From Eledone cirrhosa (Eukaryota): a DNA stretch of 64,000 nt. A program made the translations under genes and the position numbers. The stretch covers positions 351,354,001 through 351,418,000 of the forward strand of contig OZ024741.1 in NCBI GenBank assembly GCA_964016885.1. Reading direction: 5' to 3'. Below are positions 16,907-31,220 of the stretch, one piece after another. Numbering within the stretch: the first letter of the stretch is position 1; each line of letters opens with the position of its first letter. The notes beneath the pieces were generated by a model. The model saw nothing but the letters and a program-made list of their open reading frames with translations, made no database searches and had not been told where the DNA came from.

Positions 16907-16936
16907 TATATATACATATATATAATATATATACAC

Positions 16937-16983
<47 letters not shown>

Positions 16984-17187
16984 TATATATATATACACAT
17001 ATATATATATATATATATATACATATATATACATATATACATATATATATATATATACATATATATGTAAACATATATATACATATATATATACATATAT
17101 ATATATATACATATATACATATATAATATATATATATACATATATAAACATATATATATAAACATATATATATAAACATATATATAT

Positions 17188-17240
<53 letters not shown>

Positions 17241-17303
17241 CATATATATATACATATATACACATATATATATATACATATATATATATATACATATATA
17301 CAC

Positions 17304-17334
<31 letters not shown>

Positions 17335-17651
17335 CATATATACATATATACATATATATATATACATATACATATATATATATATATACATATATACATA
17401 TATATATATACATATATACATATATACATATATATATATATACATATATATATACATATATATATATACATACATATATATATACATATATATATATATA
17501 CATATATACATATATATATATACATATATATATATACATATATATATATACATATATATATATACATATATACATATATATATATATACATATATAACAT
17601 ATATATATAAAACATATATAAACATATATATATATACATATATATATAAAC

Positions 17652-17694
<43 letters not shown>

Positions 17695-17707
17695 CTTATA
17701 TATATAT

Positions 17708-17824
<117 letters not shown>

Positions 17825-18153
17825 CATACATATATACATATATACATATATATATATATATACATATATACATATATATACATATATACGTACATATATA
17901 TATATATACATATATATATACATATATACATATATATACATATATATATACATATATACATATATATATATATATACATATATACTATATACATATATAT
18001 ATACATATATATATAATATACATATATATACATATATATATATATATACATATATACATATATATATATACATATATACATATATATATATATACATATA
18101 TATATATACATATATATATATATACATATATATATATACATATATATATATAC

Positions 18154-18234
<81 letters not shown>

Positions 18235-18235
18235 C

Positions 18236-18326
<91 letters not shown>

Positions 18327-18382
18327 TATATACATATATATATATACATATATATATACAACATATATATATACATATATAC

Positions 18383-18413
<31 letters not shown>

Positions 18414-18465
18414 CTATATATATACATATATATATATACACATATATATATACATATATATATAT

Positions 18466-18576
<111 letters not shown>

Positions 18577-18581
18577 TATAC

Positions 18582-18612
<31 letters not shown>

Positions 18613-18691
18613 CATATACACATATATATACACATATATATACACATATATATACACATATATATACATATATATATACACATATATCTAT

Positions 18692-21600
18692 CTAAGGCGG
18701 GTAAAATTCCCGAGATCCATGGACGAGTTCTCTCCAGCGGTCTCTGTCCCTCATTATCGCTGCCATATCCTGCATCTCCAACAGACCAGTGTCTGTCCTT
18801 AGGGCATCAACATATGTTAACCTTGGTCTTCCTCTTCTAGTGTGTCCATGTAGGGGCTCCCAAAGGAGCACTGAGTGCAATGTCAACTCTGGATGTCGGT
18901 GAGCATGTCCAGCCAACCTCAGTCTCCTCTGTGTCACTTTTGAGCTGACTTTTGGGATGCTCCCATACAGCTGAGTTTTTCATCCTCAGTGTATACTGAT
19001 TAATGTTCAGAGCCATCCTCAGCATTCTCGTGTAGCACCCATCCACCATCTGAGTGAGTCTCTTGGTCAGTGTCCAAGTCTCAGACCCATACAGCAGCAC
19101 AGACTCCACTACAGCAATGAAGAGGCGGATTTTCAGGTCTCTACGAAGGTCCGACTTCCACACCGATCTCAAGCTGTGACACGCCGCCCAGGCCTTGCTC
19201 TTCCTCCCAACTACATCATCTTCCGTATTCGCAATCTTTGCTCCCAAATACAGGAAGTCCTCAACCAATTCCAGCGGCTTCCCGCCTACATTAGTGATCC
19301 CCTCTGGCTTCTCAACATTCTCCACCAGATATTTTGTTTTAGTCTCATTCATTCTCAGCCCACACTCATCGACACAGTCTCAACCTCCCGCATCAAATCC
19401 TCTGCCTCCTTCACTGTATTTGTCACCAAAACTATGTCGTCGGCAAATTCAGCATCCGATACCTTTTTCGCCCCAACTCTCCTGCTCTGAGCCGGTGCTA
19501 CAGTAAAGCCAGTGTCCTGGTATTTCTCCAGTGCAAGGCGCATACAATAGTCCACTACGATGATAAAAAGGTAGGGAGCCAATGTATCTCCCTGGAGCAC
19601 TCCAGCCAGTATCTCAAAGAACTCTGTCATCCCATCAGGTGTAATGACTTGGGCTTTGGTGTTGGTGTAGAGCAGTGATATCAGGTCCACTATCCTCTTG
19701 GGGATTCCATAAGCCTGTAAGATCTTCATCAGGCAGTAACGGTCCACAGAATCAAAGGCCTTCCTAAAGTCAATGAAAACCATGACCGCAGGAAGGCACT
19801 TTGCTCTAGCTCCCTCTAATATCCTCCTCAGCATCAGGATGTGACTGGTGGTTGATCTACCCTCTCTGAAGCCGTTCTGATTGTCCCTGAGCTTCTTCTC
19901 CATCTCAGGCTGGATCCTGTTAAGAATCATCCTGTTGAGGGTCTTTGCCACAAGTGACGTCAGTGAGATCCCCCGGTAGTTGTTGGTGTTAGAGAGATCT
20001 CCCTTCTTTGGCACTGGGACGATGTTACTGATCCTCCACTGATTCGGGGCAACTCCTTTCTCCAGTGCCCCGTTACAGAACCCCAGGATGATATCAAAAT
20101 CACACCTCTTCATCACCTCTGATGCCACTCCATCCTCTCCATGAGCCTTGCCCTCCTTGATCTTCTTCTTGGCTCTCTGAAGCTCCTCTCTGGTGAAGGG
20201 CTCTGTCTCAACATCCAGTTCCTCAAACAGCCGCCTGATCTCCCCACTGCTCTGGGCTGTGGAGCGTGGCTCTCCTAGTAGGGTCCTAAAATGGTCTAGC
20301 CATTTCCTCTTCCTATCCTCGGGCCCCGTTCCCTGGATCTGACTCGAACACCTTTTCTTCCTCCCTGTGATCTCGTTGATGATCATCCAGCTCTCCCTAC
20401 ATCCAGATCTGTCAACCGCTCTCTCCACACTTCTGATCTTCTCTATCAGTGCCTCCTCTCTGACCTCAGTGTAAGCGGTACAGAGCTCTTCCCTCATCAC
20501 CTCCACAGTCTCCATCCTCTCCTCCGTAGGATCAGCATAGAATTGGTCCCTGGCAGCTTTCAGGTGTTCTCTGGCTGCACACACTTTTGGGTTTGCAGAG
20601 CTGACGTGCTTCCCTTTGTTCTTTTTCCTCGGCACCAGGGTTTCACTTGCTTTCGCCACTGCATTGGTGAAGTGCCCGTACCCCCTCGTCACACTCTCCT
20701 CAGTCCATCCAATCTCTCTCTCCTCTGACTCTCCACACAGAGCACTAAACCTGTTTCTCACTTCCACTGTGAACCGCTCCTGTAGCTTATCATCTTCCTT
20801 GAAAGCTCCCCAGTCATAGATTGTTCTCCGGGGCTGAGCCTTGCTCTTTCTTAAGCTCACGCGGACCTCACTCATAACAAGCCGGTGGTCACTACCCAGT
20901 GTACTGAAATAGCTGTATGGTTCCGTGTTCAGAACACTATTCCGCCACTTTTTCCTCACCAGAATGAAATCAATCTGGGACTTGGACAGGTGCATATCTG
21001 AGATGTAGGTCCACATCTTCCCCAGATTCTTCCTAAACCTTAGGTTGGTTGCCATCAAGTTCGCCTCCAGCAGGGTGTCTCTCAGTAGTCTTCCATTTCG
21101 GTTGGTGTTGTTATGGAAGTACCAGCAAGGATCTTCACTGCCCTCCTTACTCAGATGTGCATTGAAGTCCCCCAAAACAAGCAGGATATTGTGTGCCTGA
21201 GTGGTGTTGACAGCCCCACACACCTCCTCATGGAACTCCTCGGCATTCACATCACTGTCCCCCTCGGTTGGACTATAGGCTGAGATGACTGTCAGTCTTG
21301 GGTTTCCATTGAAGGTCACCCTCAACACTCGCGGGGAGATAGGCATTATTTCCCTCACCAACAGATTGGTTTTTGCACTGAACACAAAACCCACTCCTCC
21401 TACTGCAGCATTTGTTGTGTTCTTCACTGCCGATGTAGTGATGAGCTGGCTCTTCCTCCCGATCATCACACTCCTCACGGGCTCATCGTGTAGAATCCTG
21501 TGTTCTTGGATCGCAAGTATCTGTATACCACTCTCCTCGAACAGATGTCCCAACTCCTCTCTCCTCTCCAGCGTTCGAATAGTCCTCACATTCAAAGTGC

Positions 21601-22043
21601 CCATTTTGATGGCTCTTCTGCAGGACAAAACTGCATTCTTTATATTTGTCTCAGAGACAGCTGATCCATCATCCACTGGCCCTCTCTGTGGCTCTAAGCC
21701 AGCAGAGTCATAACGACCAGGCTGCTCCTTGACAGTGTAATTAGGGGCTCTAACCCTAGTGCTGTTAGATCGACTCTCCATATTTCTTTTCAATGGCTGA
21801 CAATACCTTACCGGCGCCACTCGAATAAGGTAGTTATTTAACCCATAAATGGAGCCCTAACAGGTACTACCACCCCGGGCCAGGGCAGACCTGGGAGTCA
21901 TGACAACTAAGGGGTAACTCCACATTCCCCACATCTCCTGAACTCCCGAACTGGAGCCTTGCCACTGGATGTAGTTTACATCTCCTGAACTCCCGAACTG
22001 GAGCCTTGCCACTGGATGTAGTTTAATGTCATACCCAGGACAT
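18692..22043 (-). mobile_element. Near full-length RTE-clade LINE (APE endonuclease + RT), two frameshifts (~19355, ~18960)
   Basis: GTLNVRT, AIQEHR, GDFNA, SQIDFI, SDH (APE); FIDFRKAFDSV, GVLQGDTLAP, FADD (RT); C-terminal RRLRLAGH...RGRPR. The 5' UTR contains a 47-bp tandem duplication at about 21931-22025. Confidence 0.95.
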
Positions 22044-22382
22044 ACACATATATATACATATATATATACATATATATACATATATATATACATATATATA
22101 CATATATATATACATATATATACATATATATATACATATATATATATACATATATATACATATATATATACATATATATATATACATATATATACATATA
22201 TATATACATATATATATATACATATATATACATATATATATACATATATATATATACATATATATACATATATATATATACATATATATATATACATATA
22301 TATACATATATATATACATATATATATATACATATATATACATATATATACATATATATATACATATATATATACATATATA

Positions 22383-22420
<38 letters not shown>

Positions 22421-22661
22421 CATATATATACATATATATATATACATATATATATATACATATATATACATATATATACATATATATATACATATATATA
22501 CACATATATATACACATATATATATACATATATATACATATATATATACATATATATATACATATATATATACATATATATACATATATATATACATATA
22601 TATATACATATACATATATATATACATATACATATACATATATATATACATATATATATAC

Positions 22662-22694
<33 letters not shown>

Positions 22695-22899
22695 CATACA
22701 TATATATATACATATACATACATATATATATACATATATACATATATATTCATACATATATATATACATATACATACATATATATATACATATATACATA
22801 TATATTCATATATACATATATATATATATACATTTATACATATATATTCATATACAAACATATATATACATATATATTCATATACAAACATATATATAC

Positions 22900-22930
<31 letters not shown>

Positions 22931-23694
22931 CATATATACATACATACATATATATATACATACATACATACATATACATACATACATATACATACATACA
23001 TACATATATATACATACATACATATATATACATATATATATATACATACATACATATATATACATATATATATATATACATATATATATATACATACATA
23101 CATATATATACATATATATATATATACATACATACATATATATACATATATATATATACATACATACATATATATACATACATACATATATATACATATA
23201 TATATATACATACATACATATATATACATACATACATACATATACATATATATATACATATATATATATATACATATATATATACATATATATATACATA
23301 TATATATATAAAAATACATATATATATACATATATATATACATATATATATACATATATATACATATATATATATATATATACATATATATATACATATA
23401 TATATACATATATACATACATACATATATATATATACACATATATATATACATATATACATACATACATATATATACATACACATATATATATACATATA
23501 TACATACATACATATATATACATATATATATATATACATATATACATACATACATATATATACATATATACATACATACATATATATACATATATATATA
23601 TATACATATATACATACATACATATATACATACATACATATATACATACATACATATATATACATATATATATATATATAAATATATACATACA
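22044..23694. repeat. (TATAC)n/(TACA)n microsatellite
   Basis: Direct observation. Confidence 0.95.
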
Positions 23695-24298
23695 TGGTGG
23701 CTGCCAACTCGTTTTCGAGTACGGCCACTACTTTATATCCATGTAGGAGAACCCCTACCAATGCGCTGAACGAATGTGACTTTTTAGTCCAGCCAGCGAC
23801 TTGAAAACTCTGGTACAAACACTACACTTGTGACAATTATTGACACATAGTGCTGGGCCCATGGTACCATGTGACGACAAGTGCAGAGAGATATCCAGAT
23901 ATAAAGCAATGCCTGTGCTGTGAAGCTTTTATAGTGAGCAACGGCACTGCACAAAGCCAGTCCCACTCTCTTAACCAAGGTGATATTTACCAAAAAGAAG
24001 AACAATTCAACATCATTGGATACCATCAGGGTTGCAGGTGTTATATCAGAGTTTTCCTTCTCCAAGAATTCTGCCTTGACAAAGGCTAAGGGGTCATCTC
24101 TCCCGGTGATTTTGGATGGCTATTGACTCTTAAGAGCCCCTTTGCCTTTTGACAGGTTTTGTTTTTAGTCCTGCAGGATGTCCAAAGCCACCCTCCTCAC
24201 CAAGAAACCTTGGTGGGGTTGCCAGTTTAGTCGCCAACGACCCGACCATGAGACAGGTTGTACTGGGATACATGTTACCAGTAGCACCAACTGGTGAC
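23695..24298 (-). mobile_element. Probable RTE-family 5' UTR fragment with a truncated HDV-like ribozyme
   Basis: Contains GGAGAAGGAAAACTCTGA, which I recall from RTE 5' UTRs, and a GG-P4-CUAA-P2 signature at 24222-24298. Confidence 0.5.
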
Positions 24299-24308
24299 AT
24301 ATATATAT

Positions 24309-25436
24309 ATTAAAAATTAGAATTGGAGCTCTGAAATAGCAATATATATATGGATGTATATATAATGTATTTTGCAATATTTTGCAATATTTTTGAATTT
24401 GTCACTACTTTAAAACAATAGCTTACGGTCTTCAAAATGCTTTTAATTAAGCATAAAGTGTATTGCAAAATACATTATATATACATCCATATATATATTG
24501 CTATTTCAGAGCTCCAATTCTAATTTTTAATTTCTGCCTGATCAACAACCGCTCTGCATAATCAGCTCCTGATTATTTACTAGATTTCTATAAGAATATA
24601 ACATCAATGATCTCAGTAAACAGGTGGTGTAGTTGGCCTTGATGAGCTTCAACCAAAGCGAAACAAGTCTTGTCGGCTTATCTCCCCTGTTTGCTGAGAT
24701 CAAAGTGAGTGAATTTGTCACTACTTTAAAACAATAGCTTACGGTCTTCAAAATGCTTTTAATTAAGCATAAAGTGTATTTCAAAATACATTATATATAC
24801 ATCCATATATATATATTGCTATTTCAGAGCTCCAATTCTAATTTTTAATTTCTGCCTGACCAACAACCGCTCTGCATAATCAGCTCCTGATTATTTACTA
24901 GATTTCTATAAGAATATAACATCAATGATCTCAGTAAACAGGTGGGGTAGTTGGCCTTGATAAGCTTCAACCAAAGCGAAACAAGTCTTGTCGGCTTATC
25001 TCCCCTGTTTGCTGAGATGAAAGTGAGTGAATTTGTCACTACTTTAAAACAATAGCTTACGGTCTTCAAAATGCTTTTAAATAAGCATAAAGTGTATTGC
25101 AAAATACATTATATATACATCCATATATATATTGCTATTTCAGAGCACCAATTCTAATTTTTAATTTCTGCCTGACCAACAACCGCTCTGCATAATCAGC
25201 TCCTGATTATTTACTAAATTTCTATAAGAATATAACATCAATGATCTCAGTAAACAGGTGGGATAGTTGGCGTTGATAAGCTTCAACCAAAGCGAAACAA
25301 GTCTTGTCGGCTTATCTCCCCTGTTTGCTGAGATCAAAGTGAGTGAATTTGTCACTACTTTAAAACAATAGCTTACGGTCTTCAAGATGCTTTTAATTAA
25401 GCATAAAGTGTATTGCAAAATACATTATATATACAT

Positions 25437-25445
<9 letters not shown>
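24309..25445. repeat. ~317-bp HHR-bearing tandem repeat (about 3.3 units, 24395-25445) with inverted 5' arm 24309-24379
   Basis: HHR starts at 24619, 24937 and 25253 (spacing 318 and 316); 24309-24379 is the reverse complement of part of the unit. Confidence 0.9.
24937..25009 (+). ncRNA. Type I hammerhead, U3-A8 core variant (also 24619-24691 with U3-G8, and 25253-25325)
   Basis: GGCC-TTGATAA-GCTT caacca AAGC-GAAA-CAA gtc TTG-TC-GGCT, extended by AACAGG/CCTGTT. Confidence 0.8.
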
Positions 25446-25483
<38 letters not shown>

Positions 25484-25562
25484 TATATACATATATACAT
25501 ACATATATATATATATACATATATATATACATATATACATACATATATATATACATACATAC

Positions 25563-25619
<57 letters not shown>

Positions 25620-25662
25620 CATATATATATATACATATATATACATACATATATATATATAC

Positions 25663-25702
<40 letters not shown>

Positions 25703-25722
25703 ACATACATACATATATATAC

Positions 25723-25753
<31 letters not shown>

Positions 25754-25800
25754 CATACATATATATATATACATATATATACATACATATATATATATAC

Positions 25801-25840
<40 letters not shown>

Positions 25841-25849
25841 ACATACATA

Positions 25850-25890
<41 letters not shown>

Positions 25891-26080
25891 ACATACATAT
25901 ATATATATACATATACATATATATATATACATATATATACATACATATATATATATACATATATATACATACATATATATATATACATATATATACATAC
26001 ATATATATATATACATACATATATATACATATACATATACATACATATATATACATATACATATACATATATACATATAC

Positions 26081-26129
<49 letters not shown>

Positions 26130-26137
26130 CATACATA

Positions 26138-26178
<41 letters not shown>

Positions 26179-26321
26179 ACATACATATATATATATACAT
26201 ACATATATATATATACATACATATATATATATACATACATATATATATATACATACATATATATATATACATACATACATATATATATATACATACATAC
26301 ATATATATACATACATACATA

Positions 26322-28020
26322 TAACTTTGAATAACTTTGAAATGTTTTGGCCAGTATTGGCCCAGGCCATGTCTAACTTAATAGCACCACCTGGCGAAGT
26401 CTTTCAATTCAGGATTTGGGCACCATGGCCCATTCGAGAAGAGAATTACTGTTTGCGGAGACATATCCGGGTGTGGGTGGTTTGTCCGGGATTACTTGGA
26501 GGAATTTGTCCAAAGACTTCTTGAATTTTGTGTGGTCAGTTTCTGTTTTGACGTGTCCTGGTGTGATGTTGAAGAGAGCAGGGCCGATTGAGGTGAAATA
26601 ATTGTGCCGTATTGTTGTTATGAGTTGCGATTTAGATTTTTGAATGGGACGGATAGCACGGGGCCCAAGCCTTGGGTGTATCTTGAAGGCGATGCCAACA
26701 TCATTTGGGCAGTGATGATGGAACATTTTCCACATCATGCAGATAATATAACGCTCACGGCGACGTTGGAGTGAGTAAAGTTTCAGGTTTTCCAATCGAC
26801 CCCAGTAGTCAAGGTCTGACATGCCATCTATCTTTTTCGTGATTGCCCTTTGAGGAGCTTCAAGTTTCATGATACTTTGTTTCGTGTGGGGAGACCACAG
26901 TGGACAACAGTATTCAAGGTGTGGTCGGGCGAAAGTAGAGAAGAGAAGGATAATGGTGCGGGAATCTCTCGACTGGAAGGTTCTGAGGATCCAGGAACAC
27001 ATTCTGCGGGCCATGTCAACTTTGCTGCTTATATGCGTGGTCCAGCTTATGTTGCTGTCCACGGTTACTCCCAAGTCTCTGATGTTGTTAGATGCCACGA
27101 GAGTTTCCCCGGAGGGAAGGGAGTACGGGAGTTTCAGAGCATCCTCTTTTCCAAAGTGGATCAGTTCGAATTTGTCTTCGTTCAGTAACATGTTGTTCTT
27201 TTCTGCCCATTGGGTAACAGCCAGTAGGTCTGACTGAAGGCTTATCCGGTCATCCACGCCATTGATGACCTTTTGGAGCTTGGAATCATCAGCGAAAATT
27301 TTAATGTTGCTGTGTTTGATGATGTCAGTGATGTCATTAATATAGATGATGAAGAGAAGTGGGCCCAACACAGTGCCTTGTGGGACTCCACTACTGACTT
27401 TGGCTGGGCTTGATTTGACTCCCTCAACTACAACATGTTGGGTTCTGTTTGACAGGAAGCTCTTGATCCACTGCAGCAGCTTTCCAGTGACACCAATATT
27501 GGACAGCTTTCTCAGTAGAATGTTATGATCAACCCTGTCAAAGGCCTTGCTGAAATCAAGGTAGATAACATCAGTGTTGGAACCCTCTCCCAAGGCTCTC
27601 AAAATGTCATCAAAGTGATGCAGTAGTTGCGTCAGGCAATCCCTTCCATTACGGAATCCATGCTGGTTGGAGTTCAGCATATTGTTACTCTCAAGGAAGT
27701 GGGTCATTCGCGATCTCACCACTCGCTCAAATACCTTAATGATATGAGAGGTGAGTGAGATTGGACGGTAATTCACGGCAAGGGATTTGTTTCCCTTTTT
27801 GAAAACTGGGACAACAGACTGGGATAGAAGGTTTTCTGGCACATATCCAGCATCCAGTGAGTTCCGCCACAGATTGGCAAGAGGAGAAGCAAGTTGGTGT
27901 TGACACGCCTTCAAGACACAAGCAGGGAACCTATCGGGACCTACTGCTGAATTATGCTTGATTTCCTTTATTGCCGCCAAGACATCAGGGGCGCCAAACG
28001 TTATGTCCGATAAACGTTAT
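26322..28020 (-). mobile_element. 5'-truncated CR1-like LINE with intact RT ORF (26409-27980)
   Basis: NYRPISLTS, QHGFR, YLDFSKAFDRV, SGVPQGTVLGP, FADD, IRDLGV, RPHLEY; (TTCAAAGTTA)n tail; inserted in a TA/TACA microsatellite. Confidence 0.93.
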
Positions 28021-28326
28021 GTCATATATATACATACATACATATATATACATACATACATATATATACATACATACATATATATACATACATACATATA
28101 TATATATACATACATATATATATATACATACATATATATATATACATACATATATATATATACATACATATATATATATACATACATATATATATATACA
28201 TACATATATATATATACATACATATATATATATACATACATATATATATATATATACATATATATATACATACATATATATATATATACATACATATATA
28301 CATACATATATATATATATACATACA

Positions 28327-28358
<32 letters not shown>

Positions 28359-28393
28359 CATATATATACATATATATATATACATATATATAC

Positions 28394-28428
<35 letters not shown>

Positions 28429-28468
28429 CATATATATATACATATATATATACATATATATATACATA

Positions 28469-28502
<34 letters not shown>

Positions 28503-28530
28503 CATATATATATACATATATATATACATA

Positions 28531-28571
<41 letters not shown>

Positions 28572-28763
28572 ATATATACATACATATATATATATATATA
28601 CATACACATACATATATATATATACATACATATATATATATACATACATACATACATATACATACATACATATATATATATATACATACATATATATATA
28701 TACATACATATATATATACATACATATATATATACATACATATATATATACATATATATATAC

Positions 28764-28794
<31 letters not shown>

Positions 28795-28849
28795 CATATA
28801 TATATACATATATATATATATACATATATATATACATATATATATATAC

Positions 28850-28880
<31 letters not shown>

Positions 28881-28895
28881 CACATATATATATAC

Positions 28896-28926
<31 letters not shown>

Positions 28927-29155
28927 CATATATCTATATATACATATATCTATATATACATACATTTATATATATATACATATATATATACATACATTTA
29001 TATATATATACATATATATATACATACATTTATATATATATACATATATATATATATATACATACATTTATATATATATACATATATATATATATATACA
29101 TACATTTATATATATATACATATGTATATATATACATACATTTATATATATATAC

Positions 29156-29187
<32 letters not shown>

Positions 29188-29593
29188 TGGAAAATGTGTG
29201 TAATCCTTGGTACAGTTAGGTATATTAAGACAGGGGGAAGAACAAATGGCTTCACTTGTGCTTTCAACAAATTTATTTTCTTCACAAAATCCAAAAAGAA
29301 TTTTTCTTAAAAAAAATTATTTTATAAATTAAGTTGTTGGTTGTTGGTTAGGTCTTAGGAGTTCTTGGTTAACGTAGGAGGTATTGTTTCGTTTTTAGAA
29401 AGACCTTTCACGCTGAGGTATGCTTGTCAAACTGATGTGTATGTGGTGTGTTGTTCTATATATAGGGATTTAACATGTCTGTGGTGTGGTAGGGGTTTCT
29501 TTTCTCCCCCATATGTATATGTATATATGTATATATATTAAAATATAGAGAAAAATACTGCAGGTAGCACATGGATAACATGTAATAAAATAA

Positions 29594-29694
29594 GTCCCTC
29601 ATCAGTGATTTGCCGAAGATCATAGATATTTCATTGCATTAAAAATCATATATCTCACTTCGGTGCAATAATAACCAAAATAAGTTATTAGGAC
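29594..29694 (-). ncRNA. Hammerhead-core RNA with non-circularly permuted strand order and K-turn (family 1)
   Basis: GTCC-[TAATAAC ttattttg GTTATTA]-TTGC-a-CCGAAG-tGA-GATA-TA-TGATTT-ttaat-GCAA-t-GAAA-TATC-tatGAt-CTTCGG-c-AAATCA-CTGATGA-g-GGAC. Confidence 0.7.
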
Positions 29695-30022
29695 AATTAA
29701 AACGCAACCAAAATAAGTTATTAGGACAATTAAAACGCGTAAAGCGAGTGAGACAGAAGAACAACCGAAAGTATAGCATACCGTAGGGGATAGAAACAAA
29801 CTTCAAAAATTATTCTGTTTAGCATAAGCTAGGTGAATATATGAGCGCTTAGAGAATAGAACCTACACGAACGAGGGCTATGAGCAGAGAGAGAAAAATA
29901 TAGCGTTCGTGAGTGCAGGATGAAATGAAGAGAAGAGGGAGAAAAACAGTGAGTGAGTGAAAGTGTGAGGAAGAGTTAACGGACAAGACAGAGGGGGAGA
30001 AACAGAGAGAATGGGGGAACAG

Positions 30023-30222
30023 NNNNNNNNNNNNNNNNNNNNNNNNNNNNNNNNNNNNNNNNNNNNNNNNNNNNNNNNNNNNNNNNNNNNNNNNNNNNNN
30101 NNNNNNNNNNNNNNNNNNNNNNNNNNNNNNNNNNNNNNNNNNNNNNNNNNNNNNNNNNNNNNNNNNNNNNNNNNNNNNNNNNNNNNNNNNNNNNNNNNNN
30201 NNNNNNNNNNNNNNNNNNNNNN
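30023..30222. other. Assembly gap (200 N)
   Basis: Run of N. Confidence 1.
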
Positions 30223-30307
30223 GGGAGATCCTTGTAATCTATCTATCTATTTATCTATCTATTGACCTATCTACCTATTACTTACCTTCCTATCTGTCTA
30301 GTTACCA

Positions 30308-30422
<115 letters not shown>

Positions 30423-30519
30423 CATATATATATGTATATATATACAGGAATGCACGAGTGTTTTTCTTGAATTATATATATATTCATTTTATTTAAGCTA
30501 ATTAGTGAGACTTGTTATT

Positions 30520-30578
30520 CTGGAGTTTCGCCTGTTTCTACAAGAACTCTATTCTCCCGACCGTCAACTACATACGGA

Positions 30579-30645
<67 letters not shown>

Positions 30646-31166
30646 ATATATTATGTATATATATATGTATATATATATATCTGTTACTCTCCTCCTCCTC
30701 CTTCTTCCCGTTTGACCTGTGCGTAATTCTTTTCTTTCGCACGCTTGGTCAGGCTGGTTCGCCTTTTTTCTCTCTCTCGTCTACGATTTCACAGAACTTA
30801 CGTTCGCCGAATTCACAGACTAGATTCCTTCTTCCTCCCGTTAGACCTGTACGGAATTCCTTCCTTGCTCACATTCCAACCAGGTTTGATGGTCTTTATT
30901 CTCTCTTGTTCACGATTTCACCGAACTTATATTCATGGAAATTTGGGACTTGACTCGTTCTTCCTCATTTTTCGTTGCTTCACCATCTTTGTTTGTTTAC
31001 ACTCTCGTGTCCCCTTTATTTACGTGTCCCAACGACTTTTTTTAGCCGTTGTTCGCACCATATATGGTCTTTAAAGCGATGAAATACCAATGATGGTTGG
31101 AAGATCACTGATGAAGGACTAACTTTATTCATATGTAACCCATTCGCAACCACGCAGCGCGTTTAT

Positions 31167-31170
<4 letters not shown>
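30520..31170 (+). mobile_element. ORF-less element of the same family as 59030-59930, carrying a damaged permuted HHR (31026-31119)
   Basis: Colinear with the reverse complement of 59030-59640; about 8 nt (ACCGGAGG) are deleted from the 5' strand of stem III. Confidence 0.75.
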
Positions 31171-31219
<49 letters not shown>

Positions 31220-31220
<1 letters not shown>

